From contig OZ024741.1 in the NCBI GenBank assembly GCA_964016885.1, forward strand, positions 37,572,001 to 37,636,000: a stretch of 64,000 bases of DNA, read 5' to 3'. Source of the stretch: Eledone cirrhosa. Its lineage: Eukaryota. The stretch's first letter is position 1. Each line of letters opens with the position of its first letter. Both the position numbers and the translations under genes were made by a program. Below are positions 38,942 to 53,287 of this stretch, piece by piece. Below the pieces are notes generated by a model that was not told the DNA's origin, did no database searches, and saw only the letters and a list, made by a program, of their open reading frames with translations.

Positions 38942-39089
38942 CATGGGACTCTTTTAACCATCTTTTGTTCTTATATATATATATATATATAATGAAAAAT
39001 TGAACAGGGACAGAACAGAGAGGCAGTACGATAAATGTTTATTAAATTCACGCTCAGGAGAGTGGGGGGGGGGGGGGGTAGGTGGAGGA

Positions 39090-39125
39090 CGACGTTTCGG
39101 GCATAAGCCCTTCTTCAGGTGAGAG
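39090..39125 (-). ncRNA. Minimal hammerhead motif in the PLE 3' pseudo-LTR
   Basis: CTGAAGA-aGGGC-ttat-GCCC-GAAACGTC; stem I weak. Confidence 0.7.
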
Positions 39126-40443
39126 TTCAAAAGGTGTGTAGGGGAGTGGTGGAGAGACATATAGCGAAAGGAAACGGTGCGAATGAAAAATTAACAAATA
39201 AAGACAAAAATATAATAAATAATAAATAAAAATAAAGCATGATCAAAATACAAGGAATGAGAAAATTTAAAAATAAAGGCATGATCAAAATAAACTGAAA
39301 TTAAAAGGGGGGTAAACGGGTGGTGGAAGGGTGTGGGGTGGGTGGTGGCGGGTGGAGTGGGGAGAGGGAGACGGGGTGTCCGAGCGGGGAGGGCTGAAGG
39401 TGGTGTGTGTGGTTAGGTGTGTGTGTGTGTGTATGTGAAAGTGAGGGTTGGGGGAAGAATGGGGTTGCATGTTCAGGAAGGTGTGTGTGGGGGGTGTTTT
39501 TGTGGGTCGGAGGGTCTGCGCGTGTGTGGATAGGGGGGTGGGGGGAGAGGAATCAGGGAGCTGAGGGTGTAAATATGTGGTGGGAAGCACGTGTGTGTGG
39601 TTTAAGCGTGTTGTGGGTGTGGGTGGCGTGTGGATAAAAAAAATTGTTTTGGGATGTGTGTGTGGGTGAGTTATATAGGTGATGGTGTAAGAGGATGGTT
39701 GAAAGTGGTAAGTTACACGGATGTATGGAGATTTTGGTTGGAAGTCAAAACGCGTGTGGGTAATCCAAGAAGCGGTGGTCGGAAGAGGAGAGATGTGGGG
39801 TGCGCGCGCAACAGGAAGTGGTCAGCAGTGGAAGTGCTGTGGTCAGTTGGTGCTGAGGCAGTGGTCGGAAGGGCATAGTAGCAGTCGGCGGAATGGTAGG
39901 GAGGCGAGGATGGGTAGGTGTGAGAGTTGGAGTGAGGAGGGTGTGTGTGTGTGTGTGTGTGTGTATTAGTAGGGGTGTTAGTGGGATGAGTGAGTGTGGA
40001 GTGGGGAGAGAAGGGTGTGTGTGGTTCTATGGAGGGAGTGTGGTGTACTGGTGTGTGTGTAGTTTGGTGAGGAGGTGTTAGTGGGTGTTAGTAGACGGGA
40101 GGTGGGGAGGGGTGGAATGCAGGTGTGAGTGGGGGTTAGTGGGGGTAGGGTGTGTAGAGTTGGTGGTGTACGAGGGTGTGTGGGTACGTGTGCGTGGGGT
40201 TGGAGGGTGTTAGTGATGTTAGTTGCGTGTGGGGTGGGTGGTGTAAGTGTGTGCGTGTGATAAGGAGGGGGAGGAGGAGAAGAGGGGAGGGAAGGGATGT
40301 TAGTATGTTAGTTGGGGAAGGGTGGTCAGATGAGGGGTGGAGTGGAGGTGTTAGTATTGTTAGTGTGGGGTGGGCGGTGAAAAGGAGGGGTGTGTTAGTG
40401 GTGTTAGTGGGGGATAAGTGGGGGGGAGGGGGGCGGTCGAACG

Positions 40444-41799
<1,356 letters not shown>

Positions 41800-41800
<1 letters not shown>

Positions 41801-42119
41801 TGATTAGTGGTTAGAGCATTCGCCTTGCAATCGAAAGGTTGTGAGTTCAATTCTTAGACCGGGTGATGTGTTGTTTCCTTGAGCAAGACACTTTATTTCA
41901 CATTACTCCAGTTTGCTCAGCTGTAGAAATGAGATGATAGGGACTGGGGTCCCTATCATTCCACTGCAAAGTGGTCGTGTAGGTGCCAAGGAAAAAAAGC
42001 ACCCAGCACTCACTGTAAATGAGGTTGGTGTTAGGAAGGGCATCCAGCTGTATAAATCAAGCCAGAGTCAGTTCCCGTCCCACTCTTGCAAGCAGGGAAA
42101 AGCGGACGTAAAATGATGA
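41800..42119 (+). mobile_element. CORE-type SINE copy
   Basis: Same family, immediately after the long (TA)n. Confidence 0.9.
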
Positions 42120-42187
42120 AAAAAAATATATATATATATAAACTCATGCTAGCGTGGAAGATAGACGTTAAACGATGATGATGATGA

Positions 42188-42230
<43 letters not shown>

Positions 42231-44479
42231 GTATGTATATGTGTGGGTGTTTTAAATATTTATTTAAAGATACTCAGTTAAGCTTGTGATGAATAGAACT
42301 GATTAAAATCCTGCTATTGTCCTGGTAGGAAGAATGTTTCTTCTTAAAGGTAAAAAAAAACTTCATGACTGATAAAACATGTTTTATCAAAATAAATATA
42401 TAAATAAAAATCTTTCTGAGATGAAATCTTTTAATTGATCCAATTAAATTGTCAGAAGGGATTTTGTTATGTTTTTCTGGCTGTTGTAATATATTTTTAC
42501 TTTTTACTTATGATTGAATAGAACTGTTTATATTACTGTCAGTAAATGTCATTATATTTCACAGTTATCATAATATAGATCTTTCACCCCCACCAATTCT
42601 TCAGAGAATTTCTAGACATATTAATTGCTTCTATAGCTGACTAAGAATTTTGATTACTTCTGTTTTATTTAAAGTTCTTCCAAATTTTTAATACCATTAT
42701 TGTGCTATATTTACTAATAAGAATTTAGTGCTCAGTGAACCAAGTTACTTAAATTATGATGAGTAAAGGGAATATTTTAGAGTCATTGTCATCTGAATTT
42801 CCACATTGGCATGGGTTGGACAGGTTATCATTGCCTGAGATGAATCAGGTTCAAGAACCACATCTTTGACATGGTTTCTACAGTTGAATGCCCTTCTTAA
42901 TGTCAATCACTTTACAGAGTGTACTAGATTTATTTTAACATAGTACTACCACTACAACTTTCCAGATTGTACTGGATGCAGTTTAGCATGGCACTAGCAC
43001 TACCATTTTACAGAATGACTGGGTGTACTTTATTGTTGGCATACATGAAAATGTTTGACTTTGTATTAAAGCTTTAACAAAACTTTAGTAGAGTCTACAC
43101 AAATGTTAAATATTACTTTTTTAAAGTGCCTTCAAAAAGATCTTATATTTTAGATCAACATTTAGATCAACATTTTTATGTTAATTTCCATTCATTAAAA
43201 TATTAATATTGTGTAGTGTCACAGAAATGGGCTAAAGCAATAAAATGGAAGCTGCAATATTAGAATAATATTAATATTCCTAATATTCATTAATGGACTC
43301 TGTAAAAACATTCCATGTGCATATATTTGGTGCCAAGATAAAAAGTATTTCGTCCACACTGTGATGTGATAGGGGAGAAGAAAGGTTTCCAGACATAGAA
43401 ATCAAGCCAAAATACAGATCTGTATGAGCAAGATGTGGTCTCCTGACCTGACTTGTCTCATAATGTGTCAACCTGTCTAAGACATGCATGTGTGGAAAAT
43501 GGGCATTAAATGACGATGATGATGATGATGATAATAATATATACACACACTAGCAGAAATCTTTTGTTAGTATATAGTATATTTCTGCTAGAGTATGTTT
43601 TTGAGTGTTCATGTGTTTCGTAATGTAAACAAATGTATGAAAAAGAAAAACTACATTTTTTGACATTCAAAATGGTGACCCCCTAATTCATTAAGTAGTA
43701 ATAAGCAGAGGCATTATTGAAACAGTCCAGCTTAGCATCTCTGATGAGATTTAAATGTTTACCAATTTTCAACTCTCAGAGACAATGAGTCTCTATTCTA
43801 GGAAATTGCTTATAGTGAAAATTCACAACCTCTTTTGTGATGGGATAACAATACGAACTCGCAACAACATTTTATTTTGCAGTTCATTTATTTTAATACA
43901 TAAGTACAACCTTTATATTTGCCATCAGTGTTCATGGTGACACTGCAAAAAGCGCCCAGTCCATACTGTAAAGTGGTCGTGTAGGTGTCACAACAAAAAG
44001 CACCCAGCCCACACTGTAAAGTGGTTGTGTATGCATCATGACATAAGCACCTAGTACTCACTGTAATGCGGTTGGCATTAGGAAGGGCATCCAACTGTAG
44101 ATAACAAGCCTAAATCAGTTCTGTGTGAGCAAGTCATGGTCACCTGATCTAGCATTGCCCACAACAGGACAGCTCATCTAACCCATGCTAGCGTGGAAAA
44201 ATGGATGTAAAACAGTGATGATGATGATGATGAGTGTTGCCAGTATTGTCTGTGTGTATGTGTGTGTAAAGCCATGCAGTCCTATAAACAGAAATTCACA
44301 TTTATTATAGATATGTGTGTGTGTAGAAATAATCAACAAGTGGAGAGAGAGCTAATATTTATTAATTACATAATGGTATTATGTAATAGGTAACCATTGG
44401 GTCCACACTGGTTACCTATAGAGGAGTTCATCAGATGTGGTTATGTTTATATATGGCTCACTCCAGATATTGCAAGATT

Positions 44480-44627
<148 letters not shown>

Positions 44628-45356
44628 AGTTCCACAACAAATTAGCAAACCATACTTGAGGATGTGCATTTCACCGATAGTTTTTCAACGCATGTATGGC
44701 TGCAGTGAGACACACACATATGCATACATATCATCATCATCATATAATTATTTTTAAATGGATAAAATGATAATTAACCACATAGCATAGATGCATTGAA
44801 CTTTAGATAAGCCAAAATATCTATTCAGGTCCTTTAATAGCTAATCCTAACTTAATAATTATTCCTGCACCCATGTGATAAATATAATCAAGTACAAGAT
44901 ATTTTAATGATTAGATTAATTAATGAGTGATCAGCCCGTTGACACTTCCCTCATCCCTGTTCCTATGGTGCCTAATTGTGCAGTGTAGAATACAATTTAC
45001 TCTACCAACACATAGCATGAAATGGCTACAGTGAATTCCAACTCCCAATCTAAGGGTAGGATGATTCCTTCGATTGCTGTTTGGACAATTTTCTTTCAAT
45101 ATTCAATAATAATTTCTAAATTAGGCATAAGGCCAGCAAATTTGGAGGAAGGTTATCGATCCCTGAATGTCAAAAGGCAGAGTTGATCTCAGCAGGATTT
45201 GAACTCAGAGTGTAAAGAAACAGAACAAATATTGACCTCAAATATATGTCAACCCCAATACCTTGTCTCATCTTTCTCAGCTTATACACACGAATCTATA
45301 CAATACTTCAGCAGGGAAAATCTTTTAATAGGGGAATACTTTTAATAGGGTAATAC

Positions 45357-45690
45357 AGAGTACCCGACCTCCCATGGGTACAAGCTGAAGCATATAGACA
45401 ATATTCCTCCACACCCCCCACCGCAAGGTGGTCGTGGAGGTGCCACGGCAAAAAAAGCACCCAGCCCACACTGTAAAGTGGACGTGTAGGCGCCACGAAA
45501 AAGCACCCAGCACTCACTGTAAATGAGGTTGGTGTTAGGAAGGGCATCCAGCTGTAGAAATCAAGCCAAATCAGTTCCTGTATGAGCAAGGCATGGTCAG
45601 CCGACCAGACATTGCCCACAACAGGACAACCCATCTAACCCATGCTAGCGTGGAAGAACGGACGTAAAACGGGGATGATGATGATGATGA
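45357..45690 (+). mobile_element. RTE 3'-UTR fragment of a sister subfamily (similar at 62480-62815 +, 43935-44232 +, 61515-61845 +, 38167-38430 -, 19850-20160 +)
   Basis: 48-nt modules + GGTTGGTGTTAGGAAGGGCATCCAGCTGTAGAAA + ACCCATGCTAGCGTGGAA..GGACGTAAA(GAT)n. Confidence 0.75.
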
Positions 45691-45705
45691 GGGGAACTGC
45701 TTTAA

Positions 45706-45915
45706 CCTTTTAGCATTTAAACTGGCCATATCCGACTAGAATTCTTTCACCTCTTTCTGTTCAAACTGGCTTCTCATACTTATGTTAAGGTATTGTTCTC
45801 AAAATAAATGATATCAAAATCTCATAGATTGAATATTATGTGAGATAAATATTTAAGATAAAGCCTTTGCCACAAAATACAATTGTATATATAGAGTAAT
45901 GTAAATGCTAAATGG
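45706..45915. mobile_element. piggyBac-like MITE, family A
   Basis: TTAA|CCTTTTAGCATTTA ... TAAATGCTAAATGG|TTAA; interior matches 5899-6117. Confidence 0.8.
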
Positions 45916-46825
45916 TTAACAGGGAAAATGCTTTTGTAGGAATAATAGAAAATGGCCTTAATATGCGTGTTATTGTTGTTGTTTCCAAGAATGTATTACA
46001 CTATGTAACCCAATGTCATGCTGTAATAATAGAGTCAGTGCCCTCACACATCATTCAGTGCAACATTGTAGTTGAGTCATTGTTCTACAATGATCCAGAC
46101 ATAACCACTAAGACGTGTACAATCGTATGATTCCTTTTCCTGTCTTTACATCCGTGATGATACTTTTGAAATATTTCAGTTCCTTGGTCTAAGATTGATC
46201 ACTTGAGTTTTTAGTGGTTTATCCTTAACTATATCTATATTTAGTATGTATTTCAAGTGTTGTCTTCTTATCATATTAACATTGTTCGCGAATTGTGCCT
46301 TGTCATTGACTTGTGTAAATAAGTGTAGATTCATTGTTTAACTCTTTTGTTATTGTACTTCTAATAAAATATACTACCTATGTGTTTCAATTGATTTTCA
46401 AAATAACCAAACATTTGGAGGAATTTAATAAAGTAACTAAGTTTTTTCCACAAGTAAACTTGATGTTTAGAACATTATTTGAGAAAAATTTCTAATATAA
46501 AATTATGATGAAATGTTTTAATATAGGGATAAATATTTCAATTGAGCAGTTTTATATAATAAAAAAAAATGTTAAAGTACAAATATTTAATGCTTTGGCA
46601 TGAAAGGGGGGCTGGGTGATTAAGGAGGAGAAAAGTTGATTGTAATAACAATAGTATTTGACTGGTACTTTATTACATTAAACCAGGAAAAATAAATATC
46701 AAAATTGATCTCATTAGCATTTAAACCCAGAATGTAATGAGCTGGAAGAATATTTTCTGACACTCTAATGATTTTGCCAATCCATCATCCTTATGACAGT
46801 GATGATGATTATAATAATAATAATA

Positions 46826-47210
46826 CTAGTCAAAGACCACAAAGAAAAAAAGCCCTCTAATTGATGTATCAATCCCCACAGTCGATACTACATCTACCAA
46901 GGAAATGGGGAGACTATCCAAATATAAAGAACTAGAGATAGAAATAACCTGAATGTAGATGATGAAAACAGAAACCATACCTGTATTAGTAGGTACTCTG
47001 GGAATGGTAAAAAAAACGCAAAGACAAATACATAACCAAAACCCCAGGACTTACCTATATATATACAACATACAAAAAATAGCACTACTAGGTACTGCAC
47101 ACATATTATAAAGAATACTCTCAATACAATAGAAACACCACCACCAAAACCTATACCGTACATACCCAAGGTGCACAGAACTGTGTTTGGTAATGCAGTG
47201 ACAAAGTGTA
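46826..47210 (+). mobile_element. Dong/R4-clade LINE 3' end (restriction-like endonuclease) in (TAA)n
   Basis: Decayed LIDVSIP..KE....KYKELEIEI...TIPV.VG.LG...IQK.ALLGTAHI; (TAA)n on both sides. Confidence 0.8.
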
Positions 47211-47438
47211 ATAATAATAATAATAATCATAAATGATGATGAATAATAATAATTGTTTCTACTTTTGGTACAGGGCTAGCAATTACCCAGTACATTACTG
47301 GTACTTTATTTTATCGACCCCGTAAGGATGAAAGGCAAAGTTAACCTCGACGGGATTCAAACTCAGCCCGTAAATGGACGTAACTATGCTGGAAAGCATG
47401 GCGTCCGACCCTCTACTGATGCTGCCAAACCACCTTAC

Positions 47439-47471
<33 letters not shown>

Positions 47472-47539
47472 CTGGAGCCCTTGGTGTAATAACAAAAAAA
47501 ATCCAAAATTAGGTCTCAAAGATTAGTGTAAAAGTTCTG

Positions 47540-47928
47540 ACTGAGCTGAAACATGAAAAACTATCAAAGAGTAGAGAGATAGGGTTTACAATCTATTAAA
47601 GAAGTGGAAGAGGAAAGTTACAAGTACCTGGGAGTCTTTGAATTGGATAAGATCAAAGAGAAAGATATGAAGGAGATGTTAAAAAAAGAATACCTCAGGT
47701 GGGCGAGAATTGTATTGTCATCTAAAATGAATAAGATCAAGGCAACGGATACATCGGCTGTGTTTCTTATGCAGTATGGGGCAGGAGTTATCATATGGAA
47801 GAAAGATAAATTGGAAAGTATTGATAGGAAAACTAGGAAATTGATGACAGTACATAAAAAACTCCACCCAAAGAATAATGTCACAAAATTTCATAAAGGA
47901 AGAAAGAATGGTGGTAGAAGACTGGTCC
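47540..47928 (+). mobile_element. Dong/R4-type RT C-terminal fragment
   Basis: SYKYLGV.E...KKEYLR..R.VL.SK..NKIKA..T.AV....YGAGV..W...L..IDRKTRKLMT.H..LHPK...RK.GGR.L. Confidence 0.8.
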
Positions 47929-48420
47929 GCAGTGGTTCTGCTAAGGTTCATTTGCATGTCTTTAGGAGGATGGTTGCGAATCCATCAGGGTCAGCAGCTA
48001 AATTTATTGTAATTTCATCTATGGTTAATATTACATCATCTTGCTTAATGTTTATATAGTTGATGGTTGCCATTTCAACTCATCTGGCTTATTTATTTGC
48101 ATGTGCCTCATTGGGGGTGTGGAAACACTTTTGTCTTGCCTTTCATCTCTTTGAGGTTGATAAAGTACCACTCTAATACTCTCGCTCAAAGAAATTTTGA
48201 TTCCCAGCATGGAGAGGAATGGGTTCCATCAGGTTTAAAATACACACTGTGAGTCAGGATGGAACCCCTACATCTCCATCAACAGTTAAGCCCTATACCT
48301 TTCATCATCATCATTTTACATCCGCTTTTCCCTGCTTGCAAGGGTGGGACGGGTCCTATTCAGCACAGCATCTCTGCACTTGTCACGCTCCTTTGTCATC
48401 ATGAGTTTTAGCGATCTATA

Positions 48421-48746
48421 TTCATTTCATTCATTTCATTTTACGTCCGCTTTTCCCTGCTTGCAAGGGTGAGACGGGAACTGATTCTGGCTTGATTTCT
48501 ACAGCTGGATGCTCTTCCTAACACCAACCTCATTTACAGTGAGTGCTGGGTGCTTTTTTGCCGTGGCACCTACACGACCACTTTGCAGTGGAATGATAGG
48601 GACCCCAGTCCCTATCATCTCATTTCTACAGCTGAGTAAACTGGAGCAATGTGAAATAAAGTGTCTTGCTCAAGGAAACAACACATCACCCGGTCTGAGA
48701 ATTGAACTCACAACCTTTCGATTGCAAGGCCAATGCTCTAACCACT
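48421..48746 (-). mobile_element. CORE-type SINE copy (a partial copy lies at 55178-55340 +)
   Basis: Reverse complement of the family sequence. Confidence 0.9.
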
Positions 48747-48997
48747 CCATTTATATATATATATATATATGCCTCCATTTATATATATATATATATATAG
48801 ATAAATCTACCAAGAGTTTACGGTAGTGTCCAATCCGTATGAAGAACTCAATGTAATCCGGATATCATGGAAAGAAGAGATGCAATGAAAAATCACTTTC
48901 GGTGAAAGATAAACGGAATACAGAGTCAAGATAAAATATTAAAAAAAATAATAATGAATAAAACAATGAAACAGTTCCTTATATTAAACAAAAAAAG

Positions 48998-49151
48998 TTC
49001 ATTATTTAACGATCGTTTCTAGGATATATATGTGTTAGAATTGGCATGCATATTCAACAGATCTATGTACAAAATTATACAAAATTATACAAACTATCAA
49101 AATTAAATATACATACCAACACATATATATGCCGTCTTCAGAAATAATGAA
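48998..49151 (-). ncRNA. Type I hammerhead ribozyme with ~114-nt stem II domain
   Basis: Minus strand: TTCATTATTT-CTGAAGA-cggcATATATATGTGTTGG...CTAACACATATATATccta-GAAAC-GATC-GTT-AAATAATGAA. 10-bp perfect stem I, palindromic stem III (ACGATCGT). Confidence 0.8.
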
Positions 49152-49523
49152 ATATATTTATTGATAATAACAACAATTCAAAATTACAGGTCTGTTTGGG
49201 AACAGAGTTCAAATTGACCAATGAAAACACAAAAAGTTTATACAGTTAGGTGTGTGTATATATGTAAGTAACTTCGTTCACAGATATGCATAAAAATATA
49301 TGTTCACATGCATACGCATGCCGAAAAGATGTATGTAAATACAAAAATTCAAGGCTAATGTCTCTGTATGTTTATAATCTACAGATAAAATACGTATACT
49401 CATATAAACATATAAATATAAAAATAAAAAAATAAATATATACACACATTCATATACTCACACATATACGTACATTCACACACACATGCGCGTATATGCA
49501 TAAACATACACACAACCACAACC

Positions 49524-49554
<31 letters not shown>

Positions 49555-52154
49555 CATACATACACATATATTTATTTACAGTTCAGAGGAAAATGAGGTT
49601 ATCACTATAACCTTTTATGGTTGACTCTTGTAGACTGAGACTACTTTAATTCTGTTTAATTAATTAAAAGCAATTTTTCAAACTTGTCATTTGTTAGTGC
49701 TTATTGCCTTGTAAAACAATAACAAGGAATATATATTATTTTACATGACTGTTTCCATACAGGCCTGTGTTGCAAGATTAAAATTTGAAGTTTTGTACTC
49801 AGTAATTTAATATTTTCATCTTACACTCACTGAACTTACCATTTTCATTTGAATTTTTCTTTTAATAATCTATATTATTTTCTTGTTTATATTTTTTTTA
49901 ATTGAAATTTAGATTTTTAACCCTTTCCTGGTCATATTTCTAATGAAATACAATATATTTGAATTAATTAATGAAGAATTTAGAAGGATTTACTAAAATT
50001 ATTAATTATTTCATGATAAGGATGTTATTTGTAACATAACTTCACAAACAAGTTTCTACGTCAAATTTTGTTGGAAGATTTTAATTTTAAAATGATTGGG
50101 TTTACTTCATACAACCAGAGGCATTTTTGGCTGAGGTGGTGTCAAAAAGATTAAGGAAATAAATATGACAATGTGTTATGATATCTAGCTATTGTCCTTC
50201 TGGTTAAGGAGTTCAATTCACAACCATGTTGTTTTCTGTTTGGTCTCATATTTTGGTACATTGGCCATCTTCTACTATAGCCTCAGATTTATCAGTGATG
50301 GTTGGTATACAGAAACTGTGTGGATGCTTGTACATGTATATGTGTCTCTGTGGTTGTTTATATCTTCTAACCTAGCAGCAGTTCAACAAATACAGATTAA
50401 TAAAATAAATAGCAGACTTAACCAAAATAACTGAATATGATCAACTAATTCCCATCTTTTAGAAATTTATCAAATAAGCTGAGTTATTTTAACTCTATTA
50501 TAGTTATATCATACAGTTACATAGTTTGTTATGAAAGATGTTTTGTTTGAAAATAGGAATTAAACTCTGATATATTTCTAATTTCATATTAAAAAACATT
50601 GCCTAGGATTTTTCAAAATTTGGAAAGTAATCCAGAATTTAGATGGATTTAGTAATATAACTAACTTTATTATTATTAAACTGGTTCTTTTATATATTTA
50701 TTTTTTTTGCTCTATGTTCTGAGCTCAAATCCTGCTGAGGTCAACTTTGCCTTTCATTATTCTGAGGTTGATAAAATAAAGTACCATTCAAGTACTGCAG
50801 TCAATATAAATGACGTCCCCCAACTCCATGGAAAAAAACTCAACAAATTAAAAAATGACTCTTCTTGAGCCAAAATTTAGAAACCATTATTAAACTAGTG
50901 TTTGGAAGATAATTTAACAAAGGTTTTTTATGAAATTATGTTGGAATGTTTTTTTTATAGATATAAATTTTAAAAACAAACACCTTTGTATCATAGAACC
51001 CTGAGTGATTTTTGAGTGTTTTCTATTAAAGAGGGTTAAAGGTAATTTATGAAAAAAAAAAAAATTCTTTTTTTTTTTTTTTTTATAAAATTTGCCTGTA
51101 ATTTATAAAATTGGCAGTCTTTCGATTATATTTTCAATAATTCAGACTGAAAATATGATGCTATGGTTTTTCAGTTGATGATAACTTGTTGAATTATTTA
51201 TTCTTTCACTGACTTGTCATATAATACAGAGGTAATAACCTTAAGAATGGCATTGTAAATGTTTGCTTTAAATTTATGTTATATATATATATATAGAAAG
51301 CATTTTTTTGCTTTTCTCTTTATTTTCCCGTCTACCTTGTTATTATTTAACATTCAGACACAAAATATTTATATTCTCCAATTTTCTTTAAACACACCTT
51401 GTTCATTTGTAAAATTGATTCTAGTTTTGTTGAAATTCATGGCTTAACCATTTTGATACCAAACCACCTGATAATGTGCCTGGTTCTACAGTAAAAAAAC
51501 CAACTATTTTAGTGTTTTTATTTCTCAAAAACCATACATCATAATTTTTATGTAAAAATCTTTGTTAAGCTAGGTAATGTCACAGTTATATTACTAAATC
51601 TTTCAAAGTTCTTAGTTATTTTCAAAATTATATATTAGAAATGTGGTAATGATTGTGTCAAATATTTGGTTATATAAACTTGCATCTGGAATAGCTATTA
51701 TATTTATACAACAACAATTTTTGAAGCCATTTTTCCTTTTTAAAGCCATGTGGGCCCTATGACATATTTAATCACACTCACTAGGAAGTCCTTTTTAAAG
51801 CAATGTTTTACAGTTGGATGCCCTTCCTAGCACCAACCCTTTTAGATGCCTCTTACAACATCCAGGTATGCAGTATACCTATTCTAAACTGAATAAACAA
51901 TGTATATTTATATTTATAACATATTTATACCTGCTATCTTCTCTGTAGCATTGAGTTCAGTTTTTTATATTAATCTGTGTCTTCTGTAGTACTTGTCCCT
52001 AATGTCTTTCCATCAATCCAGATTGCATCAAATACAGATTGCATTTATATCGTAATAAAAGGATTAATCAAATATTTCATTTTAAAGTACATTTAAATCT
52101 ATATTTTTTAAACAATTTTTTTTAAATGTATTCCTCTAAAATTTTGTTTTCCAG

Positions 52155-52223
52155 GTTTCTTCTTTATCATCAGCGAGCCGTCCACGATGTAGACTTTAGT
52201 GAATTACTAACCAATATATTTAG
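52155..52223 (+). CDS. Candidate internal coding exon of an unidentified host gene (FLLYHQRAVHDVDFSELLTNIF)
   Basis: TTTTGTTTTCCAG acceptor, AG|GTAAAT donor, 69 nt, phase-symmetric, open frame, CpG retained in AT-rich unique sequence. Confidence 0.65.
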
Positions 52224-53133
52224 GTAAATGATTTCTTTCAGTTAAAATTGCTTTTGTTTTATTTCTTTTTAAAAGGCAATCAGATCATTGAAGCTCTTTG
52301 TAATTTAATGCTTATAGCTATCAAATTAACATAAAAAAAAAACCTTCCATCATAATTGTTTAAGAATCTTTGTTAGGTTGTGTTCGAAATACCAACTTGA
52401 TAATAAGAATGCTATGTATATTACTAAATTCTTCAAAATCTTCATTATTTTCAAAATTAATTGAAAACCATTGGCTCTGTCTTTCATTAGAAATATAGTA
52501 ACGAAAGGATTAATTAATGAATTCAAATACAGAGTATGTCATTAGAAATATAATCACAAAAACGTTAAGATAAATATTTAAATCTTCTTGTTTTATTTTT
52601 CTTATTTCCTTGTTCCTAATTAATCGTTATTCATTTACTCTTCCAGTTTATTTTATTTTTCTAGACCATAATTATTTCTGAAATATAATTCCTAATGTGT
52701 GTGGGTTTGTTGGTCTGATGTCACATTTAACAACATATTGAGATGGAGTAGGAGAGTAAAAGAGAGAAAATTAATGTATGGGTTGATGGGGAAGTATATA
52801 TACTGAATGTTATGGCAAGCAAAGAGTGAGAGAGATAGAAAGGAAAAGAAATGCTATACCGGAGCACATGCACTCACACATACATGCACATACACACACG
52901 CATGTGCACACATACACATACATGCACCCCCTCCCTCACTCATAAGTCATTGTCTGCTGAATGTTATCTTTCACCCTTCATTCTTTTTGACAAATGAAAT
53001 ATGTATATATGAAATTGTATATTCCTTTCCGCAATTTCTTTTCTTTCCTGTTTCTCAAATAGATGCTTTCTTCCACCTTGAAAATATAATGATTTAGCAG
53101 AAAATATCTAAAAATGGGTTTGTTAGTTCAAAA

Positions 53134-53287
53134 GGTTTATACTACCCTTACCAGTGGTTTATACTACCCTTACCAGTGGTTTATACTACCCTTACCAGTG
53201 GTTTATACTACCCTTACCAGTGGTTTATACTACCCTTACCAGTGGTTTATACTACCCTTACCAGTGGTTTATACTACCCTTACCAGT
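53134..53287 (+). repeat. Perfect 22-bp tandem repeat x7
   Basis: (GGTTTATACTACCCTTACCAGT)7, no spacers. Confidence 0.95.

Larger units (their letters stand above)
38644..38978. repeat. Long palindrome: 166-bp arms, 3-nt spacer, 1 mismatch
   Basis: 38644-38809 is the reverse complement of 38813-38978. Confidence 0.95.

Noticed and set aside
43735-43800. CTGATGA...GAGAC..GTC hammerhead-like string
   Set aside because: GAAA mutated, stems I and II unconvincing.
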